Part shown: positions 18,401-26,500 of the stretch, piece by piece
Numbering within the stretch: the first letter of the stretch is position 1
Layout: every line of letters begins with the position of its first letter
DNA from: Gemmatimonadota bacterium
Lineage (GTDB): Bacteria; Latescibacterota; UBA2968; UBA8231
Assembly: GCA_038153405.1 (NCBI GenBank)
Contig: JAYOYH010000001.1
Span: 1,493-32,145 of the forward strand
Direction of reading: 5' to 3'
DNA: 30,653 nucleotides
Notes under the pieces: generated by a model
Told to the model about the DNA's origin: nothing
The model's input: the letters and a program-made list of their open reading frames with translations, nothing else
The model's database searches: none
Position numbers and translations under genes: made by a program

Positions 18401-19423
18401 TACATCGAGGGCGTTGCCGCCGATCTAACGCTCCACTCGGGGTTGGTATTGGAAGATATTGTCCCCGCTAGCGTGGGAACTGAAGACATGCCGCGTCTGC
18501 TGGGAGGCGATGTGACGGGATACGTCGAGGAGAGCGGCGTCGGCGTGGCCGATAACGAAGTGACGCTGGCCGACTGGGACTACGTGGCCGCCTTTTTTGG
18601 CACAGAGGTCGACCAGGGTAACGGCAGCGCGCAGGCCGATATTACCGGCGACGGGCGCGTAGATATTGGCGATTTATCGCTGGTAGGCGCCAACTTTATG
18701 CAGCGCGGAGCGCAGCCAGTATACAAAATTCTTCCAAGTGAACAGCGCATCTACATCGACTATATGCGAGATGCTGGAGCCGTGCGTGCCGGCGAAGAAA
18801 TTACGTGGTCGGTGCGTGCGCGCGGTGCCGAAGACGTGCGGGCTTTCGCTCTACAGCTGCACTACGATCAACGCCAATGGGAGTGGGTTGCCGTGCGCGG
18901 TGCCGACGCGTCGCCCGCGCTTTCCGCCCTAGCCGAACGCCCCTACGGCAAGCTGTGGGGACGAGTGGTGATCGGTCGTATGGGCACGTTGATCGGCGGC
19001 GATGGCCGCGTGGCACAGTGGACACTGCGCGCGCGCACCGACGATCCAGCCGAGCCCGTGCTGCGCGCCGATGCGTTTATTGATCGCGCCGACCGGTTCC
19101 TGCCGCTGATGGAGAATGAAGAAGGCAGTAGGGCGAGTCTGCCGCAGGAACTGCGCTTGGAGCAAAATGCCCCCAATCCCTTTAATCCAGAGACGACCAT
19201 CGCCTTTGCCGTGCCGACGTCGAGCCGCGTTACGCTAGAGATTTTCGACGTGCTCGGACAGCGCGTGGTGCGCGTGTGGGATGGGGTGCTGGACGCTGGG
19301 CAGTATGCCATGCGCTGGAACGGGCGCGATACCAGCGGGCGTCCTGCCGCCAGCGGAGTGTACATCTATCGGATCGAGAGCGATCGTCAGGTCCTTTCCA
19401 AACGCATGGTGCTGGTGCGATGA
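15419..19423 (+). CDS. Family A' secreted protein (~1334 aa), full-length paralog of 6703..10788
   Basis: ATG at 15419 gives the signal peptide MMIRMAILLLSSWWGLDTAHA|Q. It shares YWQ, LPDL, RSRGI.V.H.P, PDGRADNQYVWDLW, VVDQD....GIQPF, L.VHVDGY, GD[IV]TGYV and PVYK with 6703..10788. C-terminal LEQNAPNPFNPET..WNGRDTSGRPAASGVY..KRMVLVR. Confidence 0.9.
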   Translation: MMIRMAILLLSSWWGLDTAHAQTVQIVPSELSLVPVAGLGDDRYWQQIEVTLAVDDRASAELLSIELPEAMSLVDDDEDGAYDDEVRVVYRPIGDEQPEVFVAATTTARRIVIGSAQGAAAGGQIYVQFACNNPVAPVELSARYGRIDFADEGETDLLEGPQLSFVTQEDFSALGSMQVVRYAPVLGVEADTSAAPIGQFFPDAAQVLVDNLPDLVFDGPGGSSSDALELGDGDDSNDVEYRFFFSTLGNLTRVNEDTAIEASIAGGDPYIEREGAMRLLRLDISQLSPGLYYLYVTSSQTGSIPLGRSRGIGVLHTPQFTVVGPQEDVTLDSGGLYDAAGMATGKGIQQIALEYELVDLDDAPPVFLFYSTKEVLESSNVSADGIAAGVANATALTPGGLAESAGVFTWDILAEGLIPEGEYYIYAVASDGTGTTMQRSEGIVRVRHSPFLRLDPLNDRAHIGVDTIRTGGVHPQRYITFSWGRSGMDGDKDLDDDAHIALYYSSEPAVEQPGSSGLAVPGGASQMLTALNEGRAELVFGDILEDPDGRADNQYVWDLWSPSRDGISLPQEGAVYYAYGLISDGENRRLAQMNGGYLNDAASQMVFVHSPSILPVQPVAPIAVGPGLYGRTTWEDVDLDDDARIRVLLSGEDLGPHPLYGEVSAVRSYVVNSVDGRAAVLVDTLYDLSEDSPQDHFDFGIEHIARGISTDAALEDGEYTLYLAIADGNSFADAQCWRAPGAIQVQGLGEAAAPTVPIRLLPERFSMGNGGALQVFEVRVDAGTEVDLVQASFVVDGDGFAVVDQDGEAEGIQPFAVSNGFSPAKLVSNRVSGDEGGPQILTLEYFEPTARAIAGLGPDKTLATFQLRSLELEGPTAIELVVEDEGGDLSRLQRDGFSVVELVAAPLSQGELVPGRAVLRGLLQLEGRTDMTSQATVALRTRGDYRPFGDVLLAETNDVDIDAAGVQVDVAADGRFELSEVPAGRWNLHVHVDGYIEGVAADLTLHSGLVLEDIVPASVGTEDMPRLLGGDVTGYVEESGVGVADNEVTLADWDYVAAFFGTEVDQGNGSAQADITGDGRVDIGDLSLVGANFMQRGAQPVYKILPSEQRIYIDYMRDAGAVRAGEEITWSVRARGAEDVRAFALQLHYDQRQWEWVAVRGADASPALSALAERPYGKLWGRVVIGRMGTLIGGDGRVAQWTLRARTDDPAEPVLRADAFIDRADRFLPLMENEEGSRASLPQELRLEQNAPNPFNPETTIAFAVPTSSRVTLEIFDVLGQRVVRVWDGVLDAGQYAMRWNGRDTSGRPAASGVYIYRIESDRQVLSKRMVLVR

Positions 19424-22400
19424 GCGGGTTTATATTGCGCATACTGACCCTATTTATTGGGGTTCTGCTCGGAGCAGTTACGTCCGCCGATGCTGCCGCT
19501 CGTGCCGAAGTGCGGCGTGCCGATGGGGCGAATGCCTTCAGTGCCGAACTGGGTTCTGTGGTCGATATGGAAGTATTTATCGACTCCGGCGATGAAGCGT
19601 TGACGGGCTATAGTCTTTTTGTTTCCTACGACGCCGAGGTGTTTTCTCTGGTGCCGGCCGAGGTGGCTGCCGACGGCGCTGCCGTGCCATTTAGCAGCGG
19701 CACTATGCTGCGCGGTATACCGCTGGTCAACAGCGTCGAGGAAATCGATGGCAGAGTCTACTTGAGCTACGTTGAGGCCGCCGGTGGGTCAGCGCGACTC
19801 AGCGCTGACAGCAGCGGTGTTGTCTTGCGATTTAAACTCGAAGTCGCGCGGCGATCGGTGGAAGGCATCGAGTCCATTCGTTTAGAGGAACTCGGGCACG
19901 ACCGCATTTCGCACTACGTGACGGCGGATGAGCCGGGCATTGAGAAGCGCTTTGCCCAGCCGCTGGGAGCGGCTCAGGTGCGGATCACGGGATTCCGCAT
20001 TTGGCCGATCCCGGATGTAACCGTTGTCGAGGGCCAGTCGCAGGTGGTCTTCGATTTGGATCAATTCGTCGACACGCTGTCGACCGAGGTCCTGTGGACT
20101 CATTCGCGCCTCAGTGAAGTGCCCACCGCCATCGATCCCGACACGCGGGAAGTGACGATGAGTCCGCGCGACGGCTTTGTCGGTAGGCGCGCAATGATTT
20201 TTACGGCCTTTGATATAGACGAGGGCCTGACCGCTGCCGATACGGTGCGCATAACGGTTCTTTCCACTCCGCTCATAACCGATTTCCCGGACACGATTCG
20301 CTTTGCCGAGGACAGTTTGTATCTGGATCTCGACTTTGACGCCTTTGCCGAAGATCTCGACCACGACGTCGCTGAACTGACGTGGCAGGCGGCGCCGACC
20401 GTTCACATGGAAATAGATGTCAATGCCGATAGTCACGTCGCGCTATTTAGTCCTATGGCCGATTTCTTTGGCATCGAGGAAGTGACGTTTATCGTCGCCG
20501 ATCCAACGGGGTTGGCCGATACGGTAGTAACCGTCGTCGAGGTGTTACCGGTTAACGATCCACCCGAGGTCGAATCGCTGCCGCCGGTCTACCCGGTCGT
20601 CGGCAGGCCCTCGCTGGTCATTCCCATCGAAGACATACTGAGCGATCGCGACGATGCCGTTTCGGTGCTACAGGTATTTCTCGAAGTCGAGGGCGGCGTG
20701 CGGGCCGAATTGGCCGACGGCAACTTGTTGGTGGGCAGCTCACAGGCCGGCCGCGGTATCGTCCATATAACGGCGCAGGATACGTCCGGCGCGAGTGCAT
20801 CCACGCGCTTGGTAGTCATTGGCCTGGAGGAGGGCACATCGGTTGGGCCAGAGCTGGATCGCCTGGCGGAAGTGCGTTTTCGCGGCGGGCAGTCGGTAGC
20901 GCTCGATTTAAAAGAGCGCGTGAAGGATGACAGTCCAGCCGAATTGCTCATATGGTCGGTGCAGGCCGATAGCGGGTTGGTCGCGTCTATACCGGGCGGT
21001 GTGCTGCAAATCAGCGGCGAAAGTGGTTTTGCCGGTTCTGCTCATCTCGTCGTTGAGGTTACCGACCCCGAGGGCAATAGCGACGCGCAGCGCCTGCTGG
21101 CCAGCGTGTTGCGCAGCGAAGACGATCTGGGACCGCGCATTGCTGCGGTGGGCAAGATCGGTCTGCGTGAGGACGAAGTCGTGCGCTATGCGCTCGATGA
21201 GTGGGTGGCCGATCCAGACCATGCCGATGACGCGATCAACTGGGAAATTTATCCTACGGCTGGCGTAGAAGCGACGCTGGATGTGGTATCGCGCACGCTG
21301 AGCGTGTGGGCCACCGACGATTTTGCCAGTCCCGCCGAACTCGGTTTGCGCGCCATCGATCCACAGGGCAATAGCCACGAGGCGACTGTGCCCGTGCTGC
21401 TGGCCCGATCGGGAGAGGCGCCGCAGTTGGCCGCGCTGCCCGAGGTGAGCTTGGACAGCGCCAATGCAGCCGTACAGATCGATTTAGATGACTATGCCTA
21501 CGACGATGTCGACCGCGAGAGCGAGCTAGTGTGGCAGGTTGTAGCCGAGCCTGGCGTCCGGGCCTCATTCGATCCGGTGACGCATGACCTCGTGCTGGAG
21601 CGCGACGAAAGCGCGGGGAATATGGGCGGAGCGACACAGGTGCTGTTGCGCGCTATGGACACCAATGGCCAGGAGCGCACCGCGCTGATAACAGTGGGAC
21701 TGCCGCCGCTCTTTTCGCTGCTGGCACTGCCCGATGTAGAGCTATTCGTCGGTCGCGTTGATTCGACCGTTGTGCTGCAGGACTATGCCGTGGGTGGGGG
21801 GGGGAGTGCGCCGCCGTCGTTGGTGTGGAGCGTCGGTCCGGCCGAGCACATCTCCGCCGAAGTCGACGTGCGCACCACGCGCCTCTTTCTTCTATTGACC
21901 AACGCTGGTTTTACCGGAACCGAGGTGCTGCAACTGAGCGCCGTTGATGCTACGGGACGCCGGCAGGTAGTGCCGCTTCAGGTCGTGGTCAACGGTCCTG
22001 GTTTGGCACCGCAGGTGCGCTCTTTGCCGCGCATTGAAGTGGCCGAGGGCGAGGTGGATGCTTCGCTCGATTTGGACGACTACGTCGTTGATGACGATCC
22101 CGACGATGCGCTGGTGTGGAGCGTGAGTGGTCAACAGGTCCTCGCCGTTTCTATCGATCCGGCCACGCGGGTGGTCACGCTCGATGCAACGGAGGCAACG
22201 CCCGCTATTGAGAAACTGCAGTTTGTGGTCATCGATCCATCGGGCAATACGGAACTGGCTGTTATGGAAGTCGTCGTCGTGCGCGGCGGCGCGGCACCTG
22301 TTATTGGAGCCCTGCCTCAGATGTTGCTGACGGCTGGCGATGCAGAGCGGCAAATCGATCTGAGCGTCTTTGTTCAAGATGCCGATACGCCGTCAGAAGA

Positions 22401-23505
22401 CCTGAGGTGGGATGTGCAGGCTCCGGCCGGCATCTCTGCGCGTTTGGAAGGCAGTCGTCTCTTTGTCGCCATTCCCCCAGGCCAGCGGGGCCAGCGCAGT
22501 ATTGCGCTGACGGTGACCGATTCCCAGGGCAATCTGGCGGTGGCGACTATGCAGGTGATTATCGAATTGGATGGGCGGCCTCCCGAGTTTAGGGTCGAGG
22601 TGGGGCGCGATCCGGTATTTAGTGAGTGGGTCGAAATCATAGCCGTGTCTGACGAAATGTTGCTCGACGTGCCGATCATCGCTGTCGAAGGCGATACGCT
22701 GGATGTCAAGGTGCGCGATGACGGTAAATACCAGGCCTCGTTTTACCACGGTCCCGATGAGGAAGATCTCTTTGTCGAAGCGGTGGTTCGCGGCGTTGAT
22801 CGCGCTGGGAACGAGGGGGTGCGCCGGCAGGAAGTCGCACTGGATTGGTTTGATAAAAAGGGGGGAAACGTGCGCAGTCCGGACCTACAGCTCCTCCTCA
22901 ATGTGAGCGATGCGGCTGCGCAACCCGGACAGATGGCCATCATCTACAGGTTGGGCGCTGCCGAGCAGCCGCCCAACAGCGGGGGCTATCCCGTATACTC
23001 AATCGACATGCTGGATGACCGCGCGCTGGCTATGCCGGTGACGATCAACTTTCTCACCTTGGGCGATGCACCGCAGGGAGTCTTGCGCTGGGATGAGACT
23101 ACGGATACGTGGAATGAGTTGGCTACCAGCGTCGACCCGCAAACCGGCTGGCTGGCGGTGACGGTCGACGAGTTGGGCCTGTTTAGAACAGGGCGCGTGC
23201 GCCAGGAAAATATACGCCAAATGGCTTTGCTCAACGGCTATCCCAATCCCTTTGTCGCCGGTTTGGGAGAAATGGCGACGATTGAATACAACATTGTCTC
23301 GCCAGGTCCGGTGCGCATGATGCTGTATAATGCGCTGGGACAGCCCGTGCGCGTTTTGATCGACGAATTTCAAGAGGTTGGCGTGTGGAGTGTCGGATGG
23401 AACGGGCGCGACGCCGCAGGTTCGATCTCAGGTAGCGGCGTCTACTACATCGAGCTCATCGAAGGGGGGCGGCGCCACCGCCGCTCGCTGGTGCTCTTGC
23501 GCTGA
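19420..23505 (+). CDS. Family B' secreted protein (~1361 aa), paralog of 10800..15092: cohesin-like domain, tandem cadherin/Big-like repeats, sorting-like C-terminus
   Basis: ATGA overlap with the upstream stop at 19420-19423 gives the signal peptide MSGFILRILTLFIGVLLGAVTSADA. Cohesin-like MEVFIDSGDEALTGYSLFVSYD. About 9 repeats of the LDDY..DD...L.W type. C-terminal GYPNPF..WNGRDAAGSISGSGVYY..LVLLR. Confidence 0.9.
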   Translation: MSGFILRILTLFIGVLLGAVTSADAAARAEVRRADGANAFSAELGSVVDMEVFIDSGDEALTGYSLFVSYDAEVFSLVPAEVAADGAAVPFSSGTMLRGIPLVNSVEEIDGRVYLSYVEAAGGSARLSADSSGVVLRFKLEVARRSVEGIESIRLEELGHDRISHYVTADEPGIEKRFAQPLGAAQVRITGFRIWPIPDVTVVEGQSQVVFDLDQFVDTLSTEVLWTHSRLSEVPTAIDPDTREVTMSPRDGFVGRRAMIFTAFDIDEGLTAADTVRITVLSTPLITDFPDTIRFAEDSLYLDLDFDAFAEDLDHDVAELTWQAAPTVHMEIDVNADSHVALFSPMADFFGIEEVTFIVADPTGLADTVVTVVEVLPVNDPPEVESLPPVYPVVGRPSLVIPIEDILSDRDDAVSVLQVFLEVEGGVRAELADGNLLVGSSQAGRGIVHITAQDTSGASASTRLVVIGLEEGTSVGPELDRLAEVRFRGGQSVALDLKERVKDDSPAELLIWSVQADSGLVASIPGGVLQISGESGFAGSAHLVVEVTDPEGNSDAQRLLASVLRSEDDLGPRIAAVGKIGLREDEVVRYALDEWVADPDHADDAINWEIYPTAGVEATLDVVSRTLSVWATDDFASPAELGLRAIDPQGNSHEATVPVLLARSGEAPQLAALPEVSLDSANAAVQIDLDDYAYDDVDRESELVWQVVAEPGVRASFDPVTHDLVLERDESAGNMGGATQVLLRAMDTNGQERTALITVGLPPLFSLLALPDVELFVGRVDSTVVLQDYAVGGGGSAPPSLVWSVGPAEHISAEVDVRTTRLFLLLTNAGFTGTEVLQLSAVDATGRRQVVPLQVVVNGPGLAPQVRSLPRIEVAEGEVDASLDLDDYVVDDDPDDALVWSVSGQQVLAVSIDPATRVVTLDATEATPAIEKLQFVVIDPSGNTELAVMEVVVVRGGAAPVIGALPQMLLTAGDAERQIDLSVFVQDADTPSEDLRWDVQAPAGISARLEGSRLFVAIPPGQRGQRSIALTVTDSQGNLAVATMQVIIELDGRPPEFRVEVGRDPVFSEWVEIIAVSDEMLLDVPIIAVEGDTLDVKVRDDGKYQASFYHGPDEEDLFVEAVVRGVDRAGNEGVRRQEVALDWFDKKGGNVRSPDLQLLLNVSDAAAQPGQMAIIYRLGAAEQPPNSGGYPVYSIDMLDDRALAMPVTINFLTLGDAPQGVLRWDETTDTWNELATSVDPQTGWLAVTVDELGLFRTGRVRQENIRQMALLNGYPNPFVAGLGEMATIEYNIVSPGPVRMMLYNALGQPVRVLIDEFQEVGVWSVGWNGRDAAGSISGSGVYYIELIEGGRRHRRSLVLLR

Positions 23506-23517
23506 GAGCGACAAGGG

Positions 23518-26500
23518 ATGCAAATAATGAAGCACCTAAAGAAAACATACTACGCGCTATTATGCGCGCTCAGTTGCCTGCTGGCAGCCACGGGCGCTGT
23601 GGCCGGCAGCAACGAGTGGACGCGCGAAGGCGCGGGGCTTAACGCCACTGTCAACGTGCTGCAGTTCCACGCCGGCCGTACGGATACGCTCTTTGCCGGG
23701 GCAGTAGACGGCTTTTACCGCAGCGGCGACGGCGGTCAGACGTGGTTGCCCAGCGGAGCGCTGCTCGTCGATCGCAGCGTGCTGAGTCTCGCAGTGGATC
23801 CCGAGCGCCCCACCCAACTCTACGCTGGAACCCATGTCGGTCTATTTACCAGCAGCGACGGCGGACGCCAGTGGCGCTCGGTATCGTCTGTTACCAGCGG
23901 CGTGCTGTCCCTGAGCCCTGGCCAGGGTGGACGCGTCTACGCAGGCACTTTTGGCGAGGGAATTTATCTGAGCGAGAATCGCGGCGAAACGTGGCGTGCG
24001 GCCGGTGGCGAACTAGCTTCTGAAATCGTCTTTGCCCTAGCTGCTCATCCATTTGAGAGCAATACGATTTACGCGGGCACGGGGCGCGGACTCTACGTCA
24101 GCCGCAATGGTGGGGCCAGTTGGCAGGCCGTGGCCGACTTGGCCGGGCAGAGCGTGCGCAGCATCGTCGTCGGCGATGAGCGCACGTTGTCTGGACTGAT
24201 TGTCGTCGGCGCGTTTGGCGGAGGCGTCTTTATCAGCCAAGATAGCGGAGACAGCTGGCGCGTGGCCAATAGTGGTTTAAGCGACCGCAACGTGCGCATG
24301 GTTGCAATAGATCTCGATGTGCCGGGTCTCTACTACGCCGCGACGGCGGCAGCAGGCTTTTTTCGCACGCGGGACGGCGGCGGGAGTTGGGCGGCCATCA
24401 ACGAGGGACTTGGCGATTTGGCCACGCGTTGGATTGGCGTAGTTCCAGGTGTGGAGGGACGTCTGCTGGGTCTGACGCGCAATAGTGGAATATACGCGCT
24501 GCAATTTGAGCCAGAAGCGCGCGCGCGCTTTAGCGCAAGCCAGCTCAATTTTGGTCCGGTCGCCGTCGGTTCCATTGCGTCGCTTGCAGTGGATATAAGC
24601 AACGATGGTCAGGCGTCACTCGTGGTCTCTAATATCAATGTAGACCGCGAAAGTGCCTTTGGCGTAAGTCCGGCTTCACTGACAGTTAAAGCGGGGCAGA
24701 CCGAGCGGGTGCAGGTGCGCTTTCAGCCGCAGCAGCGAGGGGCGGTGTCGACCAATATGATGGTGCGTAGCAACGACCCATTTGCGGGCAGCACCAGCAT
24801 TTCTCTGCTCGGTACGGGAGTGCAGGCACAGCTGAAGGCGCAGCCGAGTGCGGTGCGCTTTGGTGCGGTGCGCGTCGGAGGCTATGTCGATACCACCGTG
24901 GCTATCAGCAATGAGGGCAATGCTGTGCTAGAACTGCGCAATGCCTTTTTTGAAGACAGTGCGTTTCGCTTGTTGAACGCTTTGCCAGATGCGCTCGCAC
25001 CGGGGCAAAAAGCCCTGCTCCGCGTGCGTTTTGTGCCGCTGGTGGCGCGCGGGATTTCTTCGAATCTGGTCATTGTAGCTGGCGACGGCATGGATAACAA
25101 GGTGCCCTTTGACGGCATCGGCACGGCGCCCGATATCGGCCTTTCGAGCATGGACGTGGACTTTGGCACGGTGGATATCGCCACGGCGCGCGTGCAGACC
25201 TTAGATATATCCAACAGCGGCAATGCGCCGCTAACAATTCGCGCACTATCGCTGCAAGGTGAGTCCTTTAGCATCGACGGCAATGAGCCGAAAGTCATCG
25301 CTCCCGGTGAAATCTACGCGCTTAGCCTGCGCTTCTTTCCCATCGAAGCGGGGGCGCGGCGCGGCGTGCTGACCGTGGAAAGCGATGCGCCGGGCCGCCA
25401 GTCGAGCGTGCAGGTGCATCTGGTCGGGGCCGGCGGCGCACTGGCACTGCGCGCGCAGGAGCCGTTGGCTGCTGGCATTGGTTCGGCCGACTTACTCGTC
25501 GTCGACCTGAATGCCGACGGCGCTGCCGACATGGTATTGGCCGACAGCGCGGGGGGTAAGATCCACGTGCACATCAATGACGGTGCGGGTGCATTCACCG
25601 CTATGGCGTCGTATCCTTCGGACATGGCGTCCTATGGAGCATGGGACCGCCCCGCGGCGATGGCGGTGGCACCTATCTTCGGTTCGGCTCCAGATTTGGT
25701 GGTGGCCGACCCCGTAGCGCGCTCCCTTTCTCTACTGGCCAACGATGGTCAGGGAGGATTTGACCAGCAGCGCACGGACGTATATATCGGTCATGTGCTA
25801 GCCGATGTGCTGGCCGTCGACCTCGATGCAGACGGCGACGTCGACATTGCTACGGCCAATGCAGATGACGCTTCTGTGACGATATTGTACAACAATGGAC
25901 GCGGCAATTTTAACGCGCGCGCAGCTATTGATGTCGGATCTGGCCCAGCGGCGCTGGCCGCCGGACATCTCAATGCCGACGACCACCGCGACCTCGTTGT
26001 GGCCAACAGTGCGGCTGGGACGATATCGGTTGTTTTAGCCGATCTCCAGGGAGGCTTTTTAACGCACCAAGACTACGTCGTTGGGCAAGGGCCCATTAGC
26101 GTGCACGTCGTCGATTTCGATGCTGACGGCGACAACGATGTGCTGGCTGGCAGTCGCGGTTCGCGCGATGTCGCCGTGCTGCTCAACGACGGCAGCGGCC
26201 GGCTGACGCTATTGCAGCGCATTAACGTCGACATACCTCTGGTCGACATGGCCCTGTCCGATCTGACGCGCGATATATTCAGCGATTTGGTCGTCGCTGG
26301 TGGCAGCGGAGACTACATTGCCTTTTTGGAAAACGACGGAGGTACTGGGTTGGTCGTGCGCGACATCATTACCTCGCAGGTGCCCGTGCGCCGGGTGGCG
26401 ATCGCCGACCTGAATGGCGATGGGGCAAACGATATTGCGGCCCTGTCTTCCAGCGATTCACAGGTGCAGGTCTTTCTCAACGAAGATGCCCGCCTCGGCG

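Noticed and set aside
19276..19419. 48-aa N-terminal extension of B'
   Set aside because: It overlaps the sorting domain of A'. The ATGA overlap at 19420 gives a clean signal peptide.
23605..24510. Sialidase or xyloglucanase call for the Asp-box propeller
   Set aside because: Asp-boxes are structural. I see no RIP motif and no second GH74-type propeller.
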